Shown: positions 19,899-29,402 of the stretch, one piece after another
Position numbering within the stretch: the first letter of the stretch is position 1
Layout of the letters: every line of letters starts with the position of its first letter
Source: Candidatus Poseidoniaceae archaeon
Lineage (GTDB): Archaea > Thermoplasmatota > Poseidoniia > Poseidoniales > Poseidoniaceae
DNA: 64,000 nucleotides
Direction: 5' to 3'
NCBI GenBank assembly: GCA_965662895.1
Contig: CBFIJH010000001.1
Location: 1 to 64,000 of the forward strand
Notes under the pieces: generated by a model
Told to the model about the DNA's origin: nothing
Databases searched by the model: none
Seen by the model: the letters and a program-made list of their open reading frames with translations, nothing else
Made by a program: the position numbers and the translations under genes

Positions 19899-22748
19899 TT
19901 GAGTCTACCCCCGATTGACTTGGCAGTATTCCACGACAACGGTTACGTCCGACGACAATGTCGGATTACGAACCTGTGGTTTTGGACATGCGACGATGAA
20001 CGGACCACGTGTGGAGATACCCATGAGGATGAATACACATTCATCGGAAAACCACTGATTGGAGGATTCGATCAGCGGGGAAGGGCGCTGAAAGATTCGA
20101 TGCGTGAGGCTTTTTTGTCCTTTTTCGAAATCAACAACCACCAACGCGTTGAGGCTTATCCTGTACTGGCTCGATGGCGAGATGACATTCACCTGACCAT
20201 CGCATCCATCGCTGACTTCCAACCTCATGTAACCTCTGGCCAAGTCGCTCCTCCTGCAAACCCACTCACTATCTCCCAACCATGCATTCGGCTCACCGAT
20301 GTTGATGCAGTTGGTCGATCTGGCCGTCATTTGACAACATTTGAGATGATGGCTCACCACGTGTTCAATCGTCCTGATGAGGGTGAAATGTATTACTGGA
20401 TGGAGCAATGTGTTGCTTATTGCCATTCGATGTTAACCGAAACGTTTGGCATTCCTGGCAAAGAAATTACTTACGTCGAAAATCCCTGGTGCGGTGGTGG
20501 AAATGCAGGTCCTGCAGTTGAGGTCATCGTTGGCGGACTTGAATTGGCAACGCTTGTTTTCATGAATCTTGAGGAATCGCAAGATGGGGAAATTGAACTC
20601 AAGGGTGATACTTACAAAGAAATGCCCTTGCAAATCATCGACACGGGATACGGTTTGGAACGGTTTTGTTGGGCAGCTGCTGGAACACCGACAATCTATG
20701 AAGCAATCTATCCTGAAACAGTGGAGTGGCTCAAAGACATCTCAGGGTTTTCAAAAGTTGCTTTACAATGGCCTGACTTGAATCTTGATCATCTTCTTGG
20801 TGAAATGAGTCGTCTCAATGGAATCATGAACATCGAGCCCGGAGTCGATGCTGAAGAACTTTCGAAGTTGTTTATTTCACGACTCCATGAACGGGGTGTT
20901 GAATTGAACCAGCAACAATTTTTGGCTGTAACAGAGCCACTTTCTCGGATTTATGCTATCCCTGACCATTTGCATGCGTTAACGCACATGCTTGGTGATG
21001 GACTTGTTCCATCAAACGCCAAGGCGGGATACTTAGCACGAATGCTTGCTCGTCGAATTTTACGTATGCGTGATGACCTTGAGATTGATGTCACACTTTC
21101 CGAGCTCATCAATCACCACCTCGACGTGAACATGATGGATCATTCAATGAAACAAACCAGAGACGGTTTGCTGACGATTATGAATCTTGAGGAAGAGCGT
21201 TATAGTGAGGTACTAAGAAAAGGATCAAACCTCATTCAACAGTCGTTGAAGTCGATTGATAAATCAACTGAGCAGTTACCGGATGAATTGCTTTTCCAAC
21301 TCAATGATTCGCATGGTCTTCCACCCGACATGGTTGTCAACATGGCCCAGAGCAACGGTTGGAAACAACTCCGTCTGAGAACAGGTTTTTCTGCTGAAAT
21401 GGCAGAGCGACATGCAAAAATGGCGAAAGCGGCTGCTGCTACCATACACCAAGAATCGCTCGTTGCTGATGTTCCATCGTTTCCTGATACGATTCCATTG
21501 TATTACAATGATGTTCAACAACGAAGTTTCGATTCGAGCGTTCTCGCATCGTTGCCGCTTACCGAGAACGTCGGCCCAGAGAGAGCCACGCATGCAATTG
21601 TTCTTGCCGAGTCTTGTTTTTATCCTGAAGGCGGTGGACAAGAAGGTGATTACGGTTCCTTGACGACCGACAGCACCTCGCGCAAAGTTTTGGACACACA
21701 AAAGGAGGGGGGTCTAATTCTCCATTTGTGCGATGGTCCGTTGGAAGTCGGAGATCTTGTTCACGGTTCCATCGATTGGCGTCGCCGGAAGCAATTGATG
21801 GATCATCATACTGCTGTTCACATTGTTGGCGGTGCAGCTCGCAGAATTTTGGGGCCACACATCTACCAAGCTGGGGCCAACAAATCGACAGAACTTGCAC
21901 GTCTCGATATCACACATTATCGTCGACTGACACGAGATGATCTTGATGCAATCGAGGTTCTCGCGAACGAAGTACTCGGTCAGGTGACGCGAACTGAGAA
22001 GACCGTCCTTCCGCGGCATGAGGCAGATAAAAAACACGGCTTTGATTTGTATCAAGGAGGTGCTCCAAAAGGAAATGAAATCCGTGTTCTCCGCATCGCC
22101 GATCATGACGTTCAAGCATGTGGTGGCACACACCATGATGAGCCTGGACAAATTGGTTCAATCCGGGTTATTCGCTCAACTGCCGTTCAGGATGGTGTTG
22201 AACGATTGCACATTGTTGCAGGTGAATCTGCGCTTCAGTATGCACGTGAGCAAGATGAATTGTTACGAGCGACATCCAATACGTTCGCAGTTTCAACCGA
22301 AGACCTTCCAAAAACCGCAGCACGCTTCTTCAACGAATGGAAGGAACAGCGAAAAAGAATCGAACAACTTGAGGCGGAGATTGTCCGTTTGCGCACGTCT
22401 GGTGGAGGCGATGACTCCATCAGCATCGATGGAGTTCGTGTCGTCATCATGGAAGTGGAGGGCAACCTCAAGAAGCTGACTTCAATGCTCCAAGAATTAA
22501 CCCGTGACGATTCGACACCAACCCTAGCCATTCTTGGTTCGAGAGAAGGTGGAGGCAAACTTATGGTTGCAACAACGGAAAACACAATTGCTGCTGAACG
22601 CTACAATGCTGTAGAAATCCTTCGCTCCATCATTCCTCACATCAAAGGTGGCGGAGGAGGTCGACCGACGATGGCCCAGGGTGGTGGATCTGACGCATCC
22701 GGACTCGATGATGCGTTCCAGGCTGCAAAAGATCTTGTTCAATCTTGA
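19899..22748 (+). CDS. alaS: alanine--tRNA ligase (archaeal type)
   Basis: ARWRDDIHLTIASIADFQP, SQPCIR, GRHLTTFEMMAHH, IDTGYGLER, HHTAVH...QACGGTH editing site, GGGGGRPTMAQGGG; probable TTG start after GGAGG. Confidence 0.97.
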   Translation: MSLPPIDLAVFHDNGYVRRQCRITNLWFWTCDDERTTCGDTHEDEYTFIGKPLIGGFDQRGRALKDSMREAFLSFFEINNHQRVEAYPVLARWRDDIHLTIASIADFQPHVTSGQVAPPANPLTISQPCIRLTDVDAVGRSGRHLTTFEMMAHHVFNRPDEGEMYYWMEQCVAYCHSMLTETFGIPGKEITYVENPWCGGGNAGPAVEVIVGGLELATLVFMNLEESQDGEIELKGDTYKEMPLQIIDTGYGLERFCWAAAGTPTIYEAIYPETVEWLKDISGFSKVALQWPDLNLDHLLGEMSRLNGIMNIEPGVDAEELSKLFISRLHERGVELNQQQFLAVTEPLSRIYAIPDHLHALTHMLGDGLVPSNAKAGYLARMLARRILRMRDDLEIDVTLSELINHHLDVNMMDHSMKQTRDGLLTIMNLEEERYSEVLRKGSNLIQQSLKSIDKSTEQLPDELLFQLNDSHGLPPDMVVNMAQSNGWKQLRLRTGFSAEMAERHAKMAKAAAATIHQESLVADVPSFPDTIPLYYNDVQQRSFDSSVLASLPLTENVGPERATHAIVLAESCFYPEGGGQEGDYGSLTTDSTSRKVLDTQKEGGLILHLCDGPLEVGDLVHGSIDWRRRKQLMDHHTAVHIVGGAARRILGPHIYQAGANKSTELARLDITHYRRLTRDDLDAIEVLANEVLGQVTRTEKTVLPRHEADKKHGFDLYQGGAPKGNEIRVLRIADHDVQACGGTHHDEPGQIGSIRVIRSTAVQDGVERLHIVAGESALQYAREQDELLRATSNTFAVSTEDLPKTAARFFNEWKEQRKRIEQLEAEIVRLRTSGGGDDSISIDGVRVVIMEVEGNLKKLTSMLQELTRDDSTPTLAILGSREGGGKLMVATTENTIAAERYNAVEILRSIIPHIKGGGGGRPTMAQGGGSDASGLDDAFQAAKDLVQS

Positions 22749-23461
22749 AGAGACTCGAGAGCAATACGATCAAATTCCGAAGCAGCATTTTCGATTGCTT
22801 GTTGAACGGGGAACCATGCTGCTTCAGCAATTTCGCCTTCTTTCAACTTCAATTCATCGATGGTACCATCCCACTTTCCACAATATGTGAAACTCATGAA
22901 CGATACACCATCTCGGAAAAACGTTCGTTGCGTGATGACGGGTTGTTGAGGCTCGAGTTCCACAGTTATCCCTAACTCTTCTTGTGTTTCTCGTACACAA
23001 CCTTCGGCCGGTTCTTCACTGTGATTCATGTATCCTCCTGGTAAACCCCATTGCCCTTTGAAGAATCCTCGCTCGACTTTTGCCATAAGAATTTGGTGTG
23101 AATTATTCCGAATCATGACCTTCGAAACGAGCCGGTGGAGCGACCTGTACACTGCTTCACGTGCAAGTGGATGCACGGCGTTATCGGAAACAATCTTGTC
23201 CTTCCACGTCCAATGCTCTGGCCAATCAATCATCGGATTCCCGTGTAGAATTGTGTACCTTGTTCCATTAAATTGAATGTCGGTTTGGCGTTCCTCTTGC
23301 CATGGTATGTCCATGTTGTTCACTTCATCCACGGTTGGAAACCGCAGTGTGTTGATTTGACCTTCCCGCCCCATGATGCAATCTTGAGGACCTTTTCCTT
23401 GTTCATCAACCAACAAGAGTTTCCCGTCGTGCTCAAGATAGACAACAGTTTGTGGGTGCAT
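22739..23461 (-). CDS. NUDIX hydrolase with N-terminal extension
   Basis: Nudix box WGLPGGYMNHSEEPAEGCVRETQEELG. Confidence 0.85.
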   Translation of the reverse strand: MHPQTVVYLEHDGKLLLVDEQGKGPQDCIMGREGQINTLRFPTVDEVNNMDIPWQEERQTDIQFNGTRYTILHGNPMIDWPEHWTWKDKIVSDNAVHPLAREAVYRSLHRLVSKVMIRNNSHQILMAKVERGFFKGQWGLPGGYMNHSEEPAEGCVRETQEELGITVELEPQQPVITQRTFFRDGVSFMSFTYCGKWDGTIDELKLKEGEIAEAAWFPVQQAIENAASEFDRIALESLQD

Positions 23462-23541
23462 GAATCCACGTCGAGGCCGCCCCTCATCAATGCTCGTCTT
23501 AGTTGGAATGAATTGAAGTAGGACGCTTGAGTGGTCAAACC

Positions 23542-24249
23542 ATGCAAGTCGAAGACATACGCCCTGAAGGTTGGGCATGCACCTATCTTATCTCGAACCA
23601 AGGACAAGCAGTACTCATTGATCCTGTATGGGATTATATGAATCATTACGAGTCCGTTCTCCAATCTCGAAATCTCGAATTGGTTGCGACCATGGCAACA
23701 CATACACATGCCGACCATATTACTGCGTGCTTCACACTATCTGAGAAAAAAGGAATTCCATTTTTCATGTGGAAAGATACAGCCTCGCTTGGCGTTACAG
23801 ACTATGTTGATGAATCAACCGAATTGACAATCGCTGGTGTCCCCTATTCTTTCCATCACGTTCCAGGACATACTGGTGATTCCGTAATCATTGAAATCGA
23901 AGGCCACATTTTTACTGGTGACTTTTTGTTTAACGGTGAAGCAGGCGTGGGCCGTGATGATTTGCCAAGTGGTCGCTTGTTGGAGCATTGGAACTCAATC
24001 CAATCGCTTTCCAAATTATCCGATGAACTCCTTGTCTGTAGTGGGCATGAACCTCCCGGCACGCAACTTCAGACCCTCGGTTGGAATCGGATCAACAATC
24101 CTATTCTCGTCATGGAAACGTACGAAGAATTCGTCGCATGGCAAACGAAGACGGCAGAACAACTCGGTTCTGTGTCCAAAATCAAAACTGCCCTCCCTGC
24201 GAATCTGTTTGCAGAAATTCCTGACGAGATTCCTTGGATTTCACAGTAA
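23542..24249 (+). CDS. MBL-fold metallohydrolase (glyoxalase II / persulfide dioxygenase-like)
   Basis: THTHADH, PGHT, FTGDFLF...GRDDL, CSGHE. Confidence 0.85.
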   Translation: MQVEDIRPEGWACTYLISNQGQAVLIDPVWDYMNHYESVLQSRNLELVATMATHTHADHITACFTLSEKKGIPFFMWKDTASLGVTDYVDESTELTIAGVPYSFHHVPGHTGDSVIIEIEGHIFTGDFLFNGEAGVGRDDLPSGRLLEHWNSIQSLSKLSDELLVCSGHEPPGTQLQTLGWNRINNPILVMETYEEFVAWQTKTAEQLGSVSKIKTALPANLFAEIPDEIPWISQ

Positions 24250-24287
24250 GTGCAAACACCTTTGAAGTGCATTCTTGTGGTCAGGTT

Positions 24288-26822
24288 ATGGCTAATTCAG
24301 AGCGTAAGAAAATCGGCTTGGTTTTTTTCCTTCAACTCGTGTTCCTGCTTTCACTTTCTTCCCCACTTGCTCAAGGAACAAATCCGTATGGTGATGTTGA
24401 AAAGATGGATGCTGCGTTGGAGACTGCGTTGCAATCGGTCGATGACGATGGCGAACTGTTTGAGGTGATTTACCAACTTCAAACACCAGTAACTTCTGAT
24501 GATTTGACCAAAATCCGTGAAATGGGAGCCCTCCATCTGAACGATGCGAAACTCATCAACGGGGGACTTCTTGAAGGAACTGCGGATGTTGTTCGACATC
24601 TCTCGACATGGGAGCGAGTCAAATATCTCGAACTCAATCGAGAGTTGGACTTCTTTTATCTCCCACCTGATTGGGGCGGTGATCCGACTGATCCTTCGCT
24701 CATGATGCACGAAACGACACACATTGTGCGAGCGACAGATGCTTGGCACCGGGCAATCATCGATGTCGATGGGAACGTCCAATTTGACATTGACAACGCC
24801 TTCACAGAGTGGGATGGAGATGGGACCGCAATTGTCGACCTCGATACGGGTGTTGACTCCGGACATCCTGATTTCGACTACCTTGAACCATGGACTGGGG
24901 AGAAAGTAATCTATTCCGCAAAATGGAATGGCGTTTGGGTTGAAACTCGGAATTCAGATACTTCTTCAGGCCACGGGACTCACGTCGGAGGAACCATCGC
25001 TGGAAATGGTGATGCCTCCGCTGGACGCAGAGCTGGAGTTGCCAAAGGTGGCCAAATGGTAGCGCTTGGCACAGGTGATGGTGCTTCAATCTTCGCTGCG
25101 GAACAAGGGCTTGAATGGACCTATGAACATTCCATCCCCTCACAAAACCCATACCATATACGCGTTGTATCCAATTCATGGGGTACGGATGGGGATTACG
25201 ATCCAAATGGCGCCATCGCCACAGTTACGGACAAATTAACGTTTGAAAATGGCGTTGCGGTTATTTTTGCTGCATCGAACTCTGGCGGCTCAGGAGGTGG
25301 CGGCGAGTGCAGTGGTGATTTGCGAACCAATGTCTATGCGAATACACCCTCAGCAATCTCTGTTGCTGCTTTGACGCACGATGGCACGCAAGTTACTTCG
25401 TTTTCATCACGGGGCTGCATGAACCAGCAACACACGTGGCCAGATGTTGGAGCACCAGGTCGCGACATCTGGGCGACGGCTCCGCGTGGTACGGCAATTG
25501 ATGCAAGTACAAGGACACAAGGTGATTTGTATTACATGGCAATATCCGGAACGTCAATGGCGACACCTCACGTCGGTGGCATGGCTGGAGTTATTCTTGA
25601 CATTGCGCCTTCATTGGGCGTTGCAGATTACCATCGAGAAGATCATGACGAGGGTGACAGTCTTGTCGGTGGTGAGGGTACCGCTGCGTATGGTCAATTT
25701 GAGGATTGGGACACTGCCAATTACTCGCGTGTCCATGAGCTCGAACTCATTCTTGAACTCACTGCTCGATACGAAGGAATGGCAAACTCTTGTGAGGATG
25801 GTAACAGCGACGATTCATGCAGTGACATCCCCGAGGAATGTTATCGTTCTGCAACGGGAGAATGTCACGATTGGAGAATTGGTCATGGATTGACAGATGT
25901 TGATGCTGCGATGGCATTGGCTCGAACCCTTCAGTTGATGCGAGACCAAGACGGGGATGGCTTTGTTGATCATCCTGAGTACACTGTTTGGGATGCATGG
26001 GAGATCTACGAATCGATGATGGTCGAGGAATCGATTCCAGTCAATACAGACCGCGTAAGTCACAGTTGGAAAGGCGATTGGAATCATTTCAACAACGGCG
26101 CAACTGGGGCAGTGTATTACACAGAGGATTCGCACTATGTGTGGATACCAAATGGAACATCACAAATGGAAGTCCGTTTTGTTCCGACAGAATTCGATTT
26201 GGACACAGCACAGGGTGGCGCTCTGCAAATCGAAATCGATTTGGGCGAAGATGGAAGCAACGATGCTCAGGGTGCTTGTACCCGAGTCTCGGATGCATGG
26301 ATTTGTGACCTTGATGTCGAATCCTCCCATTGGAACTCATGGGCGCATTTTGATGTTGTTGGACAAGCATTTACTTTGTTTGGAATTGTCAATGATCCTG
26401 AGTTCTTTGAATCGAGAATTCCCTACACCGTTGATGTAACACTCACTCTCGATTTGAGTGAGCCTGTTGATATTTCGATTGAACAACGACCCGACTTCTA
26501 TTCCGACCTGGATCCTGCTGAACCATCGGATGCCTACAGTTCGGATAACGATGGGATGCTAACGTTTACGCGGCCAGTCTACGACCAACAAGCCGTCTCC
26601 TTGCTCATCCAACCAAAAGTTGTTGAAACTGCGGATGATGATGGTGGTTTCTTTTCAGCTCTTGGAAGTCTATTCACGGACTATGTTGGAGCGTCAAGCT
26701 TCTTTTTCCTCTTTGTGCTTCTCAGTGGGTTAGGAATCGGATATCTCGTTCGTTCAAGTCGAGTCGATGAACCCAAGGTTCTGATATCAAGTTCGGTCGA
26801 CGCAGAACTGCTTGAGGATTAA
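24288..26822 (+). CDS. secreted S8 serine peptidase with propeptide and C-terminal membrane anchor
   Basis: Signal peptide; DLDTG, GHGTHVGGTIAG, ISGTSMATPHVGG; PDVGAPG; C-terminal TM FFFLFVLLSGLGIGYLV. Confidence 0.92.
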   Translation: MANSERKKIGLVFFLQLVFLLSLSSPLAQGTNPYGDVEKMDAALETALQSVDDDGELFEVIYQLQTPVTSDDLTKIREMGALHLNDAKLINGGLLEGTADVVRHLSTWERVKYLELNRELDFFYLPPDWGGDPTDPSLMMHETTHIVRATDAWHRAIIDVDGNVQFDIDNAFTEWDGDGTAIVDLDTGVDSGHPDFDYLEPWTGEKVIYSAKWNGVWVETRNSDTSSGHGTHVGGTIAGNGDASAGRRAGVAKGGQMVALGTGDGASIFAAEQGLEWTYEHSIPSQNPYHIRVVSNSWGTDGDYDPNGAIATVTDKLTFENGVAVIFAASNSGGSGGGGECSGDLRTNVYANTPSAISVAALTHDGTQVTSFSSRGCMNQQHTWPDVGAPGRDIWATAPRGTAIDASTRTQGDLYYMAISGTSMATPHVGGMAGVILDIAPSLGVADYHREDHDEGDSLVGGEGTAAYGQFEDWDTANYSRVHELELILELTARYEGMANSCEDGNSDDSCSDIPEECYRSATGECHDWRIGHGLTDVDAAMALARTLQLMRDQDGDGFVDHPEYTVWDAWEIYESMMVEESIPVNTDRVSHSWKGDWNHFNNGATGAVYYTEDSHYVWIPNGTSQMEVRFVPTEFDLDTAQGGALQIEIDLGEDGSNDAQGACTRVSDAWICDLDVESSHWNSWAHFDVVGQAFTLFGIVNDPEFFESRIPYTVDVTLTLDLSEPVDISIEQRPDFYSDLDPAEPSDAYSSDNDGMLTFTRPVYDQQAVSLLIQPKVVETADDDGGFFSALGSLFTDYVGASSFFFLFVLLSGLGIGYLVRSSRVDEPKVLISSSVDAELLED

Positions 26823-27964
26823 AGTGGATTTTGCGGTGCATCTTTTGGTACACTACGGGGCATTGAGTCAAGGTCTTCAAAAGTTAGTTCACCAGTATGA
26901 ATCTCCTCAATTTCCTGCAGTCGTTCTGCCATTGGTTTTCGAACAATGAATTCAATTCGACCTTTGCTCCGAGTCAAATCGTACGATAAAGGATCAAGCG
27001 TTTCAATGACTTGTTGTTCGAACGAGCGCTGGACACGCCGCCCTCTCCAAGATGAGTATCCCCATTGATATGCAATTCCGACGATGGCTGCTCCATAGAG
27101 AATCGCCAGGAATGTTGTTGCAAACAATGCTGCATTTCCTCCCCGTGCTTCTTCAAGCAAATCTCTTCCAAGTAAGAAGATCAAACCAACACCGACCAAT
27201 GGTTTGAGCAGGGATTCAACCCATTGATCGATTGGAATTAAGCGTCCTTTTGATGGGTCGACAAAAACCAAATCTGTTTCAAATGCGGTCGATAGAACAC
27301 CAACCAAAGCCAGCAAAGCAATGTAAAGAAGGGACGAGAGTATAATCTCAGTGCCAAAATTTTCCAACTTAAAGATCCAGTGGACGATGAGATAGGCAAA
27401 CAATCCAAGGAACACGCCTCTGGGAACCTTGTGAAAGTGTTCGATGTGTTGCGAGAATTCTGTGTAGCTTCGTTCCCGTTGTGGGTTGCCTCGATGTGCT
27501 TGAGGGATGTGGATGATTTGCCAATGCATGCCTCGCTCTATAAGGCTCATGACTCGAATCAAGACTCGCTGGCGAATCAGAATAAATTCAACCACAAGGA
27601 TAACGGGTAGTCCAACCAACATGACCGGAAGTGCTACGATAAACGCAAGTGGGAAGATGATCAAGGCTGGAAGAATAAGGAAATGAGAGATTGATAATGG
27701 ATTCAAAATATCGGCTTCAATTAACCTCTGTCGCGATGGAGGTAAGCGGAGGCTCCGAGCAACATCATTCAATGAATTTCTGTAACTTTCGAGTTGACGG
27801 CCTGAATCTATGATCTGGCGTACGGTGGTTCTGTACTCGGTTTCTTCGTGGCCTCCGCCAATCCAATATTGCCAGATGAACCGCAGTGGAATTGCTGCAA
27901 AGAGAGGAACAGCGAGGATTCCCAACGCCCAGATAAGTGACTGAATATCGACCTCAGCTGCCAT
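26819..27964 (-). CDS. multi-pass membrane protein of unknown function
   Basis: About 7 hydrophobic segments; ATG 27964. Confidence 0.7.
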   Translation of the reverse strand: MAAEVDIQSLIWALGILAVPLFAAIPLRFIWQYWIGGGHEETEYRTTVRQIIDSGRQLESYRNSLNDVARSLRLPPSRQRLIEADILNPLSISHFLILPALIIFPLAFIVALPVMLVGLPVILVVEFILIRQRVLIRVMSLIERGMHWQIIHIPQAHRGNPQRERSYTEFSQHIEHFHKVPRGVFLGLFAYLIVHWIFKLENFGTEIILSSLLYIALLALVGVLSTAFETDLVFVDPSKGRLIPIDQWVESLLKPLVGVGLIFLLGRDLLEEARGGNAALFATTFLAILYGAAIVGIAYQWGYSSWRGRRVQRSFEQQVIETLDPLSYDLTRSKGRIEFIVRKPMAERLQEIEEIHTGELTFEDLDSMPRSVPKDAPQNPL

Positions 27965-28064
27965 GGGCTCACTGTTTCTTGCGACATTTATCCTTCCTAT
28001 CAATCCATTGTGTGGATTGAAATTCAAACCCAATGTTCTAACACCCGCTTGACTACCTCAACCC

Positions 28065-29051
28065 ATGCGAAGAGTTGCTGTCACCGACGGGATGGCTCCG
28101 GAAGCAGTTAAGAGGCTTGAACAAGCTGGATGCGTCGTCATCCAAGAGTTCATCCAAGAGGATGCGCTTACCGCCGGAGCACTCGCTGAATTTGATGCTA
28201 TTATCGTTCGTAGTGCAACAAAACTCTCCGAAGAGATGCTCATACAGAGTCAACCTCGTCTCAAAGTGGTAGCACGTGCTGGTGTTGGTGTCGACAACAT
28301 CGATGTTGGGGCGGCATCAAAACTCGGATTACCTGTAGTGAACGCACCTCGCGCAAGTACACAAAGCGTCGTTGAACTCACTATAGGACACCTCCTTGGT
28401 TCACTGCGATTTATTCCGAAGGCGAATCGCTTACTGCGTTCCGGAAAGTGGGCCAAGAAGGAACTTAAAGGGACTGAACTTTTTGGAAAGCGATTGGGTC
28501 TACTTGGGTTTGGACGTATCGCACAAGGTGTTGCTAAAGTTGCACAAGCCTTTGGAATGGAGGTGCATTCTTACGACCCATATCTGCCTTCATCGGTTGC
28601 CAAGAAAGCAAATGTTACCATGCACAAAAACGTCGACAATCTCTTCAAAATTTGCACGCACATCTCGATTCATTGCAATTTGACTGAAGAAACACACCAC
28701 TTGATCAACGAACGGCGGATTTCAATGATGCCTGGTCTTGATCCGTTTAATCTCAGATGTGGTAATCACATCGTCAACTGTGCCCGAGGAGGCATCGTCG
28801 ACGAAGATGCAGCGCTCTCCGCCTTGGAGTCTGGCCAATTAACGTCTCTTGCTCTCGATGTGTTTGAACACGAACCCGTTGATGCTTCCTCGCCCCTTCT
28901 TCAACACGAGAATTTTCACGGCACACCACATATTGGTGCAGCAACAATCGAAGCCCAACAACGTGTTGGATTGGACATTGTCGAAGCTGTTCTCACCGTT
29001 CTCGATGGAGGAATGGCCGACACAACCGTCAACCGAAATGAACTCAAGTAA
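28065..29051 (+). CDS. serA: D-2-hydroxyacid dehydrogenase, phosphoglycerate dehydrogenase-like (no ACT domain)
   Basis: IVRSATK, RAGVGVDNID, GLLGFGRIA, VNCARGGIVDE, LDVFEHEP, TPHIGAATIEAQ. Confidence 0.8.
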   Translation: MRRVAVTDGMAPEAVKRLEQAGCVVIQEFIQEDALTAGALAEFDAIIVRSATKLSEEMLIQSQPRLKVVARAGVGVDNIDVGAASKLGLPVVNAPRASTQSVVELTIGHLLGSLRFIPKANRLLRSGKWAKKELKGTELFGKRLGLLGFGRIAQGVAKVAQAFGMEVHSYDPYLPSSVAKKANVTMHKNVDNLFKICTHISIHCNLTEETHHLINERRISMMPGLDPFNLRCGNHIVNCARGGIVDEDAALSALESGQLTSLALDVFEHEPVDASSPLLQHENFHGTPHIGAATIEAQQRVGLDIVEAVLTVLDGGMADTTVNRNELK

Positions 29052-29055
29052 CCAG

Positions 29056-29068
29056 TTTCACTTTTCAA
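29056..29068 (+). promoter_or_regulatory. candidate DNA-damage-responsive promoter motif TTTCACTTTTCAA
   Basis: Upstream of the PolB2 operon; TTCACTTTT also occurs upstream of the RadA-like gene on the minus strand (32508-32500). Confidence 0.4.
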
Positions 29069-29114
29069 GAGGGGTTCTCAGAAACCTTCCCTATGTGTTG
29101 GTGTAGTTGCTTCT

Positions 29115-29402
29115 ATGGGCCGAACAGTTCCGACGTGGCGTGGTCGTGTTGAGCAAGAGATTGAGATGCTGGTCCCGTACCGACGTGTGCTTTCAGCCGA
29201 TGATCAGCATCGCTTTGATGCAATGCTTCACGATGTACGAATACGACGCGCTGCGGGTGGTATGCTTCCCGTTCACGAAGCATGGAAACCCATGCTCCTA
29301 TCGATGCTTCTTGGCGTCCATGAGCGTATCCAGTTGCTCGAGGAACAACTTGCATTGCTTCAGAAGAACGCCCAGTCCTTTGGTGGGGAAGATGGGCGAT
29401 GA
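29115..29402 (+). CDS. small alpha-helical PolB2-associated protein (arCOG07300-like)
   Basis: MGRTVPTWR...YRRVLSADDQHRFDAM...LLSMLL...RIQLLE pattern typical of the small gene upstream of polB2; overlaps the PolB2 start by 11 nt. Confidence 0.8.
   Translation: MGRTVPTWRGRVEQEIEMLVPYRRVLSADDQHRFDAMLHDVRIRRAAGGMLPVHEAWKPMLLSMLLGVHERIQLLEEQLALLQKNAQSFGGEDGR

Noticed and set aside
29107-29391. 95-codon N-terminal extension of the PolB2 ORF (apparent dual coding)
   Set aside because: The overlapping frame encodes the recognisable small partner; ATG 29392 is the plausible PolB2 start
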